A DNA stretch of 64,000 nucleotides from Akkermansiaceae bacterium (GTDB taxonomy: Bacteria > Verrucomicrobiota > Verrucomicrobiia > Verrucomicrobiales > Akkermansiaceae): the NCBI GenBank assembly GCA_039769075.1, contig JBDMZE010000012.1, positions 171 through 64,170 on the forward strand. The letters run 5' to 3'. Below are positions 1 to 9,059 of the stretch, in pieces. How positions within the stretch are numbered: position 1 is the stretch's first letter; each line of letters begins with the position of its first letter. The position numbers were made by a program, and so were the translations under genes. A model generated the notes under the pieces. That model saw nothing but the letters and a program-made list of their open reading frames with translations. It ran no database searches and was not told the origin of the DNA.

Positions 1-93
1 GAGGAAGGCTCGATGCTACGGTGGGGAGCGCGCTCGATCTCTTTGGTGGGAGCGGAGTGACTTATGAGGAACTTTTAACCTGGAACGAGAACG

Positions 94-909
94 ATGAATG
101 ACCCATTTGGACTGATCGCAATTTTTATTGGCGGCACTTTTTTTACCGTGATCGTGCTTCGGCAAGTTCGTGCGATCCGGAATCGCGTTGCCCGAGAAGA
201 ACTCGCAAAAGAAAAGCTGAGCGCTGTGGAGTGGGAGACTCTCGGAAAGAAGGCGCGCATCGTCAAAAATGCCCCGCTCGAAGTTCGCGAAAAGCTGGAG
301 GGAATTATCGAGGTTCTCATGGCGGAAAAGAATTTCGAAGCCTGTGGCGGTCTCGAGGAAGTGACCGATGAGATGAAGCTCGTCGTGATGGCTCAGGCCG
401 CGCTTCTCCTAGTGGGACGTGAGCACGATTACTTTCCGCTTTTAAAGAGCGTCCTCTTTTATCCCGATGCCTATCAAGCGACGGGCCACGATGGGGAAGA
501 GCAAACCCGTCTGGGTGAGAGTTGGAGCTCGGGCAGCATCATCCTTTCTTGGAAGAGCGTGGTGAAGGGGGGGGAGGACCCTGGCGATGGGCGGAATGTT
601 GTCCTGCACGAATTCTCCCACCAGCTTGATCAGGAAAATGAAGCCAGCTCCGGTGTCCCCATTCTTGAGGAGCGGGCAGATTATCAGGAATGGGCAGCCG
701 CCTTTGGCCCTGCTTACGATGAATTTACTGCACGGGTCGATGCAGGGAAGCGCACCGTGCTCGATAAATATGGTGCGATGAACCCTGCCGAGTTCTTCTC
801 CGTGGGAACGGAAACTTTTTTTGAGAAAGGAAAGCAGCTCCGTAAGCGCTACCCGGAACTCTATGCCCAGATGAAGGAATATTACGGCCTTGATCCGGCA
901 GAGTGGTAA
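94..909 (+). CDS. MtfA/peptidase M90-like zinc metallopeptidase with an N-terminal TM helix
   Basis: 271-aa ORF. It has a hydrophobic N-terminus, an HExxH motif (HEFSHQLD) and a C-terminal NPAEFFSVGTETFF segment typical of the MtfA family. Confidence 0.7.
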   Translation: MNDPFGLIAIFIGGTFFTVIVLRQVRAIRNRVAREELAKEKLSAVEWETLGKKARIVKNAPLEVREKLEGIIEVLMAEKNFEACGGLEEVTDEMKLVVMAQAALLLVGREHDYFPLLKSVLFYPDAYQATGHDGEEQTRLGESWSSGSIILSWKSVVKGGEDPGDGRNVVLHEFSHQLDQENEASSGVPILEERADYQEWAAAFGPAYDEFTARVDAGKRTVLDKYGAMNPAEFFSVGTETFFEKGKQLRKRYPELYAQMKEYYGLDPAEW

Positions 910-955
910 TCTTGCTCTGGGGTCTTTCGCATTGTCAAAGAACCCTCGCTAGGGG

Positions 956-1744
956 ATGCTTCTCGCGATGAGTAACAAGCCATTGATAGGAAAGACCGCA
1001 GTAGTTTTCGGAGTCGCAAACAAGCGCAGCATTGCCTGGGCGATTGCCAAAGCTTGGGCAGATGCCGGAGCGACCCTTATTTTTAACTACCAAGGCGATC
1101 GCCTTAAAGGCAACGTCGAGCAACTCGCCGGAACCTTCGGTGACGACGTCGCGCTTTATTCTTGTGATGTGACCAGCGACGCTGAGATCGACACCTTTTT
1201 TGAAAATGTCAAAAAGCACACTGATAAGATCGACCTTGTGCTCCACTCGGTCGCCTTTGCGCCCAAAGAAGCGCTTGAGGGCGATTTCGTGAGCACAACT
1301 CGCGAGGCCTACGCTATTTCGCACGACATCAGCGCCTACTCGCTCGTGGCACTAGCCCAGCGGGCCGCACCGATGATGACCGACGGAGGAAGCATCATCG
1401 CGATGACATACTACGGCGCGGCTAAAGTGGTTCCCCACTACAATGTCATGGGTGTTGCTAAGGCCAGCCTCGAGGCTTCGACTCGCTACCTCGCTTCCGA
1501 CCTCGGAGCGAAAAAGATCCGCGTCAACTGCATCAGCGCAGGTCCAGTTCAGACTCTCGCCGCACGCGGCATCTCTGGCTTCGGCTCCATGATTAAGCAT
1601 TATGAAGAGCACGCGCCACTTAAGCGCTCCTGCACTCCTGAGGAACTCGGTGCTACCGGTGTCTTCCTTGCGAGCGAAGGTGCCGCATCCATCACTGGCC
1701 AGGTGATTTATGTCGATGGTGGTTATCAAATCATGGGCATGTAA
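956..1744 (+). CDS. fabI: Enoyl-[acyl-carrier-protein] reductase (NADH), FabI
   Basis: GKTAVVFGVANKRSIAWAIAKA nucleotide-binding start, SDR-like length and a C-terminal ITGQVIYVDGGY. The true start is probably the internal Met at 968 (MSNKPL). Confidence 0.9.
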   Translation: MLLAMSNKPLIGKTAVVFGVANKRSIAWAIAKAWADAGATLIFNYQGDRLKGNVEQLAGTFGDDVALYSCDVTSDAEIDTFFENVKKHTDKIDLVLHSVAFAPKEALEGDFVSTTREAYAISHDISAYSLVALAQRAAPMMTDGGSIIAMTYYGAAKVVPHYNVMGVAKASLEASTRYLASDLGAKKIRVNCISAGPVQTLAARGISGFGSMIKHYEEHAPLKRSCTPEELGATGVFLASEGAASITGQVIYVDGGYQIMGM

Positions 1745-1749
1745 GAATT

Positions 1750-2352
1750 ATGAGCGAATGGTATTATGGCCAAGGAGGTCAACAGGCAGGTCCCATTGAC
1801 GAAGCCACCATGCGTTCGCGCATCGCGGCTGGGCAGGTGGGGCCAGCTGACCTCGTCTGGCGCGAGGGAATGGCCGAGTGGCTTCCGCTCGCTCAGGTGG
1901 CCGAGCTCGCATCAGCTTCGGCTGCCGATGCTTCGCCCTACGCCACACCGGGAACGAACCCGGTAGCCGCGCAGCAGCAATATTATGCGCCTGCTGCCCC
2001 GACGAGCGGACTCGCGATTGCCTCGATGGTGTGTGGAATTCTGAGCATTATTCTTTGCTATGTGAATGCGATTGTCGGAATCCCGGCCGTCATTTGTGGC
2101 CATATGGCGATGAAGCGAATCAAAGCTTCGCAAGGCCAGATCGCTGGGCAGGGGATGGCTCTCGCGGGTCTCATTTGCGGATACATAGGGATCGTTATTC
2201 AGGTGATCACGATCGTTTTTTTCGTGTCCATCTTTACCATGGCAGCATCGAGTGATCGTCCTACTACGGTTAGAGAGTATGAGTCACAGGAAGCTGCTGA
2301 GGAGGCTTGGGATGAAGCTTACGAATCAACAAAAGAAGAGAACACAGAATAA
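1750..2352 (+). CDS. GYF_2 (DUF4339) plus DUF4190 membrane protein, copy 1
   Basis: N-terminal WYYGQGGQQAGP...DLVWREGMAEWLPLAQV is a GYF-like domain. A Pro/Ala linker follows, then two TM helices with the DUF4190-like GIPAVICGH..GLICGY pattern and an acidic tail. Confidence 0.75.
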   Translation: MSEWYYGQGGQQAGPIDEATMRSRIAAGQVGPADLVWREGMAEWLPLAQVAELASASAADASPYATPGTNPVAAQQQYYAPAAPTSGLAIASMVCGILSIILCYVNAIVGIPAVICGHMAMKRIKASQGQIAGQGMALAGLICGYIGIVIQVITIVFFVSIFTMAASSDRPTTVREYESQEAAEEAWDEAYESTKEENTE

Positions 2353-2358
2353 AAAATT

Positions 2359-2970
2359 ATGAGTGAATGGTATTACGGCCAAGGAGGCCAACAAGAAGGG
2401 CCATTCGATGAAGCGGCAATGCGCGGACGAATCGCAGCGGGTCAAGTCAGCGCCACCGACCTTGTCTGGCGTGAAGGAATGGCCGAGTGGATTCCTCTTG
2501 CTCAAGTCAGTGAGCTCGCCGCAGCACCGGCTGCCGCAGCTTCCCCATACGAGACTCCCGGCGCGAATCCTACCGCCGCAGCGGCCGCGACTCCTTATGC
2601 GGCGACTCCGCCGACCAGCGGCCTGGCCATTGCAGCTTTGGTTCTGGGGATTTTAGCGATTCTTTCCTCCTGCATGTATATCGGAATCCTCTTTGGAATC
2701 CCTGCTGTCATCTGCGGGCACATAGCGATGAAGTCATTTAAAAATCCCCAGCTGCCGAAGGGCGGGAAGGGGATGGCGATTGCTGGACTCATCTGCGGAT
2801 ACCTTGGAAGCGTCATTTCGCTTTGTATGATCGGCTTTGTCGCCTTTGCCATGAATTCCACCGATGGCTTCATGCACGAAGCCATCAAGGAAGCTCAGCA
2901 GCAGCAGGGCCTCGAGGAGATGGAGGAAGAGATGATTCAAGAGGAAGCGGTAGAAGAGAATGCCGACTAA
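2359..2970 (+). CDS. GYF_2 (DUF4339) plus DUF4190 membrane protein, copy 2 (tandem paralogue)
   Basis: Same architecture as 1750-2352 and alignable along its whole length. It even shares the aattATGAG(C/T)GAATGGTATTA start context. Confidence 0.75.
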   Translation: MSEWYYGQGGQQEGPFDEAAMRGRIAAGQVSATDLVWREGMAEWIPLAQVSELAAAPAAAASPYETPGANPTAAAAATPYAATPPTSGLAIAALVLGILAILSSCMYIGILFGIPAVICGHIAMKSFKNPQLPKGGKGMAIAGLICGYLGSVISLCMIGFVAFAMNSTDGFMHEAIKEAQQQQGLEEMEEEMIQEEAVEENAD

Positions 2971-3382
2971 GTCGCGATCTGGATGGCCGCGCTACGTACT
3001 GGTGATCCCAGTGCTTCTTGTCGTCCTTCTCATCTTCCGGCTCGTCTATCCCAGTTGGGGCAACTCTTTACCGAGTTGCCCTATTTTAGCGCTTACCGGG
3101 AAACATTGCCCCGGCTGTGGCGGAACGCGCGCGGCGGATGCGCTCGTTCATTTTAGAATCTCCGAGGCGCTGGGTTACCACGGTTGGTTTACTCTGGTGA
3201 TGCTTCTCGGCTTACCTGTTCTCTTTTGGATGGCGCTGAAGGAAAAGTATCCTCGGATCTGGGGGCCACGGTTTCATGTGAACTGGCTTTGGTTCTGCCT
3301 TTTTTCGCTGATCGTTTTCGGAATTCTACGAAATACCGAAGCCTTTCAGTGGCTCGCTCCTCCTTCTCTTTCAACTCCATAA
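2960..3382 (+). CDS. DUF2752 family membrane protein
   Basis: CPGCGGTRA motif followed by TM helices. The start overlaps the stop of the upstream GYF gene by 11 nt, which suggests an operon. Confidence 0.7.
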   Translation: MPTKSRSGWPRYVLVIPVLLVVLLIFRLVYPSWGNSLPSCPILALTGKHCPGCGGTRAADALVHFRISEALGYHGWFTLVMLLGLPVLFWMALKEKYPRIWGPRFHVNWLWFCLFSLIVFGILRNTEAFQWLAPPSLSTP

Positions 3383-3384
3383 AA

Positions 3385-3414
3385 AAGCCGAACCCTTGTG
3401 AGGTTCGGCTTTTT
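3385..3414. terminator. Bidirectional rho-independent terminator between DUF2752 (+) and typA (-)
   Basis: 10-bp stem aagccgaacc / ggttcggctt with a 7-nt loop. An A-run lies 5' and a T-run 3'. It sits between convergent stop codons. Confidence 0.6.
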
Positions 3415-3433
3415 GAGATTGGAAACTCGTTTC

Positions 3434-5260
3434 CTAGCCTTCGGCTTTGGCGGCCTTGACCATGCGCTTACGCACGTTGGGATCGAGGATGCGCTTACGG
3501 AGTCGGAGGAAGTTTGGAGTAACTTCTACGAGTTCGTCTGGATCGATATATTCGATGGCGCGCTCGAGAGAGAACTTGAGAGCAGGTGGAAGTTTGACGG
3601 TGTTGTCTTTTCCAGCGGAGCGGATGTTATCGAGCTTCTTGGCCTTCACTGGGTTGACCGGGAGGTCATCAGCACGGGAGTTTTCTCCGACGATCATGCC
3701 GGTGTAAACTTCCTCGGTGGGGTTCACGAAGAGGGTGCCTCGACCTTCCAGAGCGGTGAGGCTGTAGGCGGTGGCTGGACCGGTGTCCATGGAGACGAGG
3801 GTGCCTGCCTGGCGGGTCTGGATGATGCCGGCCCAAGGCTTATACTCATCGAAAAGGTGCGACATGATGCCGTGACCGGAAGTGATATTTACGAGTTCGA
3901 ATTCGAGGCCGATGATTCCACGGGTCGGGATGCTCGCGGTGATGAGAGTGCGGCCCGAGGCGTCATTGGTGGTCATGTCCTGCAGCATGCCTTTACGGTC
4001 GTTGAGAACCTTCATGATCGGGTTGGCATACTCAGCAGGAAGTTCTAGGTAGAGGATTTCCCAAGGCTCCAGGCGCTTATCGTTTTCATCGCGCTGGACG
4101 ATGACGGTGGGGCGGGAGACAAGGACTTCGAATCCCTCACGACGCATCGTTTCGACGAGAACCGCGATCTGCATGGCTCCACGAGCGGAGACATTGAAGG
4201 TTCCTGCAAGATTGGTCTCTTCGACATGGATAGAGACGTTCGTCTTCATTTCGCGGAAGAGACGCTCATGGATAACGCGGGATTGGACGTGCTTGCCGTC
4301 TTTTCCTGCGAAAGGTCCATCATTGATGGAGAACTGCATCTGGACGGATGGTGGGTCAATGTTGACGGCAGGGAGTGCCTCGGCATTCTCATCACCTGCG
4401 ATGGTCTCGCCGATGTCCGCGTCTTCAAATCCAGAGATGCCGACGATGTTTCCAGCGACGCCATTCTCGGTGTCCTGAATTCCTAGGTTGTTGTATTCGA
4501 AAACCTTACCGACTTTGGTGCGCACCTTGGTGCCATCCTTGAGGAAGCGGAAGACGGTGTCGTTCTTCTTGATGGAACCGGCGACGATTTTTCCAATCGC
4601 AATGCGGCCAACGTAGTCATCCCAGTCGATGTTCGAGACAAGCATCTTGAAGGGGGCGTCGGCATCGACGATAGGAGCGGGGATATTCGCTACGATAGCG
4701 TCCAAAAGGGGAGCGCAGTCGCCCTCGGTAGCATCGTGTTTTGTAGAGAAAAAGCCGTTCTTGGCTGAACCGTAGAGAGTGGGTGCGTCGAATTGATCTT
4801 CGGTGGCATCGAGTTCAAGGAAGAGTTCGAGAACCTTTTCATGAACAGCGAGAGGATCGGAGTTCGGACGGTCGATCTTATTGATGACGATGATGGGCTT
4901 CAAGCCTTCTTCAAGGGCCTTACGAAGAACAAAGCGAGTCTGGGCTTGTGGGCCACCGAAGGCATCGACGACAAGAATAACACCATCGACCATTTTCATG
5001 ACGCGCTCCACCTCACCACCGAAGTCGGCGTGACCGGGAGTATCGACGATATTAATGGTGTGGCCGTCCCAAGGTACTGCGGTGTTTTTCGCTTTAATGG
5101 TGATGCCTTTTTCACGCTCAAGATCCATTGAGTCCATGGCGCGCTCGGTAACGGCTTGGTTCTCACGGTAAGCACCGCCAGCCTTGAGGAGTTCGTCAAC
5201 GAGAGTAGTTTTGCCGTGGTCAACGTGGGCAATAATGGCGAGATTTCGGAACTGGGACAT
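3434..5260 (-). CDS. typA: Translational GTPase TypA/BipA
   Basis: 608 aa. [18 protein letters not shown]1 motif and [13 protein letters not shown]3 motif, with full-length resemblance to BipA. Confidence 0.95.
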   Translation of the reverse strand: MSQFRNLAIIAHVDHGKTTLVDELLKAGGAYRENQAVTERAMDSMDLEREKGITIKAKNTAVPWDGHTINIVDTPGHADFGGEVERVMKMVDGVILVVDAFGGPQAQTRFVLRKALEEGLKPIIVINKIDRPNSDPLAVHEKVLELFLELDATEDQFDAPTLYGSAKNGFFSTKHDATEGDCAPLLDAIVANIPAPIVDADAPFKMLVSNIDWDDYVGRIAIGKIVAGSIKKNDTVFRFLKDGTKVRTKVGKVFEYNNLGIQDTENGVAGNIVGISGFEDADIGETIAGDENAEALPAVNIDPPSVQMQFSINDGPFAGKDGKHVQSRVIHERLFREMKTNVSIHVEETNLAGTFNVSARGAMQIAVLVETMRREGFEVLVSRPTVIVQRDENDKRLEPWEILYLELPAEYANPIMKVLNDRKGMLQDMTTNDASGRTLITASIPTRGIIGLEFELVNITSGHGIMSHLFDEYKPWAGIIQTRQAGTLVSMDTGPATAYSLTALEGRGTLFVNPTEEVYTGMIVGENSRADDLPVNPVKAKKLDNIRSAGKDNTVKLPPALKFSLERAIEYIDPDELVEVTPNFLRLRKRILDPNVRKRMVKAAKAEG

Positions 5261-5457
5261 GGTTTTAGTGGCTAGAATCTAGAACGAGAGTGGCGTGGCA
5301 TGCCCTGAGTGAGGGGGTTTGGCAAGCTTGGTTTGTGCTTTTTAAAAAGGCGCATCTTCCCGGCTGCTGCGCCTGAAAGTTCGGGCGAAGCAGATTTAAA
5401 GCCCTCGATCTGGTCGAAATGGTGATCTTGGGTCAAATTGGGGCTCTTTGCCGAGGG

Positions 5458-6498
5458 TTAGAGCTTGGTCGCAGCTTCGCGCACGATGCGCTCTGTTGTT
5501 TCCCAGTCGATGCATTGGTCGGTGATCGACTGACCATAGGTGAGCTGATCGAGCGGCTGGGGGAAACTTTGGTTTCCCGCGACGAGGTGGCTTTCGAGCA
5601 TGGCTCCGATCACCGAGGTGTCGCCTTCGGCACGTTGCTGGACGATTTCCTCGAAGACAGCAGCCATGCGCTCCTGCTTCTTCCCGCAGTTTGCGTGGGA
5701 GGCATCGATCATGATGCCGGGAGCAAGGTCGTGTTTTAAAAGGGTGTCGCGGGTCGCTTTGATCGAGTCGGTATCGAAATTCGGCCCATTCTCACCGCCT
5801 CTTAGAATGAGGTGGCAGTGCTTGTTCCCCGCAGTCGAAACAGCGGAGGCGATTCCTTCCGCTGAGACCCCTAGGAAGGTCTGGGGTTGGCTTGCGGCCT
5901 TGACCGCATTGATAGCGGCGGTGACATCGCCCGAGGTCGTATTTTTAAAACCAAGAGGCATGGAAAGCCCGGAAGCCATCTGGCGATGCGTCTGGCTTTC
6001 GCTGGTGCGCGCTCCGACGGCCGACCAAGAAATGAGGTCTGCGATATATTGCGGGGTGATGGGATCGAGAAGCTCAGTCGCGGTGGGTAATCCAAGTGAG
6101 AGGGTTTCGACAAGGAACTCGCGCGCCTTTTCCAGACCCTTGTGGATGTTATCCGAGCCATCGAGATCAGGATCCATGATGAGGCCTTTCCAGCCGACGG
6201 TGGTGCGTGGCTTCTCAAAGTAAACGCGCATCACGACAAGAATCTTGTCTTTCACTTCTTCAGCAAGCACGGCCAGCTTTTCGGCATACTCACGGCAAGC
6301 CTTGGTGTCGTGGATCGAGCAAGGACCGACGATTAAAAGGAAGCGTGAGTCCGGCACAAAGAGCGAGTCAGCGACGTTCTTCCGTGAGCTTTCGACCAAT
6401 TGAGCCTGCTCCACCGTGGGGGCAAACTGGGACATCAACACGGCGGGTGAGGGGAGCGGGGTGTTGTTGAGAACGTTGACGTCTGAGACTTTAGCCAT
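5458..6498 (-). CDS. 3-deoxy-7-phosphoheptulonate (DAHP) synthase, class I-alpha
   Basis: 346 aa. LLIVGPCSIHD, KPRTTVGWKGL and IDASHANCGK motifs. The isozyme type (F/G/H) cannot be told from sequence alone. Confidence 0.9.
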   Translation of the reverse strand: MAKVSDVNVLNNTPLPSPAVLMSQFAPTVEQAQLVESSRKNVADSLFVPDSRFLLIVGPCSIHDTKACREYAEKLAVLAEEVKDKILVVMRVYFEKPRTTVGWKGLIMDPDLDGSDNIHKGLEKAREFLVETLSLGLPTATELLDPITPQYIADLISWSAVGARTSESQTHRQMASGLSMPLGFKNTTSGDVTAAINAVKAASQPQTFLGVSAEGIASAVSTAGNKHCHLILRGGENGPNFDTDSIKATRDTLLKHDLAPGIMIDASHANCGKKQERMAAVFEEIVQQRAEGDTSVIGAMLESHLVAGNQSFPQPLDQLTYGQSITDQCIDWETTERIVREAATKL

Positions 6499-6562
6499 AA
6501 GATGGCAGACTTATTGGGTTTTCGCATTCAAGTTTCAAGCGCAGGTTGATAGAGATATCTCC

Positions 6563-7630
6563 ATGAAAGCAAAAGGCATAGCCCTCCTAGAATCCCTCAC
6601 GCAAGCCCACAGTGTCCCAGGCTACGAGGATGAAGTCCGTGAGATTCTTGTCAAAGAGCTCACTGAGCATGGCGAAATCGGCTGTGATAAAGTCGGTTCA
6701 GTCTATTGCCGAAAGGGATCAGGCCCGAAGGTGCTTGTCGCGGGACACATGGATGAAGTTGGTTTTCGGGTGCAGAGTATTCTCCCAAACGGCTTCCTGA
6801 AGCTCGTCCCAGTCGGTGGTTGGTGGGGCCACGTTCTCCTTTCCCAGCGAGTCGAAGTGAAGACATCATCGGGCGAAAAAATCATCGGGATCATCGCTTC
6901 CAAGCCACCTCATTTCCTGCCCGAGGCACAAAGGACGAAGGTCATGGGTGTTGAAAGCATGTTTGTTGACATTACGGCCCGCTCTTACAAAGAAGTAGAG
7001 GATTGGGGCGTCCGCCTCGGCGATCCCGTTTGTCCAGTCAGTCCATGGACTCCCATGAAGCAGCCTGACTGGTATATGACGAAGGCTTTTGACAACCGCG
7101 TCGGCATGGCCGGAGCGATCCAAGTCGGCCAGGAAGCAGATCCACAAAGTTGCGAACTCATCGTCGCAGGATCCGTTCAAGAAGAAGTCGGCCTCAGAGG
7201 CGCCAAGGCTCTCGCAAATCTCGTGAAGCCGGATGTCGCCATCGTTCTCGAAGGGCCTCCTGCCGATGATACCCCGGGGATGCCTCTTTCTGAATCTCAA
7301 GGAGCGATCGGCAGCGGCGTGCAGATCCGCCTCCACGATCCCAGCGCGATTATGAATCCCCGCCTTGCGCGCTTCGCAATCGAAACAGCGGAGGCCGAGG
7401 GGATACCACATCAAGTGACCGTCCGCACCAGCGGGGGAACCGATGCCGGGTCATTTAATATCGCCAACGACGGAATCCCTTCAGTCGTCCTTGGAACCCC
7501 GGCCCGCTACATTCACTCGCATGCCGGAATCATCTGTGCGAGCGATTACCACGCGATGGTCGATCTCTCGCTGGCGATGGTGAAGAGACTGGATCAAGCG
7601 ACGGTGGATGGTTTCACAAAGTTTATCTAG
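6563..7630 (+). CDS. M42 family metallopeptidase (glutamyl aminopeptidase / FrvX-like)
   Basis: SVPGYEDEVR, VAGHMDEVGFRV, AFDNRVG and VQEEVGLRGA motifs. I place the start at ATG 6563; the track ORF start at 6416 overlaps the divergent DAHP synthase gene. Confidence 0.85.
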   Translation: MKAKGIALLESLTQAHSVPGYEDEVREILVKELTEHGEIGCDKVGSVYCRKGSGPKVLVAGHMDEVGFRVQSILPNGFLKLVPVGGWWGHVLLSQRVEVKTSSGEKIIGIIASKPPHFLPEAQRTKVMGVESMFVDITARSYKEVEDWGVRLGDPVCPVSPWTPMKQPDWYMTKAFDNRVGMAGAIQVGQEADPQSCELIVAGSVQEEVGLRGAKALANLVKPDVAIVLEGPPADDTPGMPLSESQGAIGSGVQIRLHDPSAIMNPRLARFAIETAEAEGIPHQVTVRTSGGTDAGSFNIANDGIPSVVLGTPARYIHSHAGIICASDYHAMVDLSLAMVKRLDQATVDGFTKFI

Positions 7631-7691
7631 GTGGCAGAGATGTTACCTGATCGGCTTTTAATGGAGGTGCTGAAGAGGAGATGTTTAGAGG

Positions 7692-8037
7692 ATGAAATTA
7701 ATCGTCCTCTTTCTAATCATCATCTCTGCGACGGCTTGGTCCCAGCAAAATATTGCCATCAAGGGATCCGATACCTTGGGAGCCAAAATGGTTCCTAAGT
7801 TGAAGGAAGTGTGGCTGACCGAGGTAAATAAAGCGGAGTTCGAAATCGCGCTCGCAAAGTCTCGCCGATGCAAGCATTGCTCAACTTACGCAAATCATCG
7901 AAGGCCTTCGCGCCGTTCCGGTGCACGTCGATATCAAGGTCGTCCCCGTGCAAGACGACGGCGAAACAATCGAGAACATCAGCAAGAGCACCAAGTCACA
8001 GATTGATATCGACCCGGAGGTTCGCCAAGGATACTAG
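7692..8037 (+). pseudogene. Composite gene remnant: N-terminal fragment of a PstS-like periplasmic binding protein joined out of frame to an unrelated C-terminal fragment
   Basis: Signal peptide plus QQNIAIKGSDTLGAKMVPKL...FEIA resembles a PstS-family N-terminus. That frame then becomes Arg/Ser-rich nonsense. Frame +1 from 7828 reads the protein-like ...ADASIAQLTQIIEGLRAVPVHVDIKVVPVQDDGETIENISK...RQGY* and has no start codon. Confidence 0.4.
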
Positions 8038-8041
8038 AGCA

Positions 8042-8398
8042 TCACTTTACTGGTATGCCGGAGCGCAAGAAGGTCCATTGATGGACTTTGCCATCCTTGA
8101 TCCATGCTTGGAGAGAGACTTTCCTTTCACCGAAGATGGTATCCGCGTCGTAGGTGACCACGCCGGTCTGATAGGTCACTTCGTCTTTGATGCGATCGGG
8201 GGAGGCTTTCCATTCGCGAACTTCTTCAAGAGTAAGCTCTTTGATTTCCTTTCTCCGCAAGCTCTCGTGCATGATGCGGAGAAGGTGTCTTTTGAGCTTG
8301 GGATCGACTTTGCCTTTGATCTCAAGAGGCATGAGTTCCCCCCGGTGGTTAGGATTCTCGTTTTCTCCGGCAGATAGCGCTGCAGAGGATAGAAACAT
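8042..8398 (-). CDS. Hypothetical small protein
   Basis: 118-aa ORF with coding-like composition. I recognise no family, and the start is uncertain (alternative Met at MPLEIKG). Confidence 0.35.
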   Translation of the reverse strand: MFLSSAALSAGENENPNHRGELMPLEIKGKVDPKLKRHLLRIMHESLRRKEIKELTLEEVREWKASPDRIKDEVTYQTGVVTYDADTIFGERKVSLQAWIKDGKVHQWTFLRSGIPVK

Positions 8399-8510
8399 CG
8401 AGAAGATAATCTATGCACTTTTATCGAACATTGACGGGTAATAGCTGGTCTTGGAAAAAGACTCAAGCTCCTAAGAAGTGACAGCAAACTTTCTCGCGCT
8501 CTATTCCTAT

Positions 8511-8987
8511 TCAAGAGGTCTTGTTTCGCCGTGGTTCTGGTGTTCGTGCGTTCCTGATCGGACGAGTGGATCTCTGAGGCTGATCGAGTTCGCCTGGCTG
8601 CTCTCTTTCAACTACGTGAGAGGTAAAGGATTCCCCACAAAAGGGGCAGGTGAAGGACTCCGAAAATAGGAAAGAGGTAGCGAGCTTGAGTCTGTAGCTC
8701 CTGAAGAGCCGTTTCGCCTTTCGGTGCCGTGAGCACTTTCGAGGAGCCATCATCGGGGATTGGCAGAGTTGGCAGCGGCAGCGTGCCCCTATCATGAAAT
8801 TCAGGAGGGCGAGGAACATGATCCCGACGAGGGCTACTCCTGCTCCGATCGCTAAGCTCATATTCTGAGTAATCACGGTAGCGATCAGAAGTCCTAGGAG
8901 GGATATAAGGAAGCCGACGCCTGCGATCAATAGAAGGCTGTTTAGGTGTAGTTTTTTTGCGAGGCTATGGTGCCTTAATTTGTGCAT
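8511..8987 (-). CDS. Membrane-anchored zinc-ribbon protein, paralogue 1 (unknown family)
   Basis: MHKLRH start, two TM helices, then RCQLC-x10-C-x27-CPFCGE. It aligns along its whole length with 9060-9566. Confidence 0.6.
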   Translation of the reverse strand: MHKLRHHSLAKKLHLNSLLLIAGVGFLISLLGLLIATVITQNMSLAIGAGVALVGIMFLALLNFMIGARCRCQLCQSPMMAPRKCSRHRKAKRLFRSYRLKLATSFLFSESFTCPFCGESFTSHVVEREQPGELDQPQRSTRPIRNARTPEPRRNKTS

Positions 8988-9059
8988 GGGCTTTGGTAGG
9001 AACGAAACGTTCCATCGAGTAGACGCATGGGAAAGCGAAAATCCTTAATTTTTTTCAGC

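Noticed and set aside
7868-8377. 169-aa plus-strand ORF overlapping the PstS-like remnant and the minus-strand ORF at 8042-8398. Also the ORF at 8176-8514 (-).
   Set aside because: The N-terminal half is Arg/Ser-rich frame noise, and the rest is antisense to a more protein-like ORF. No motifs are present.
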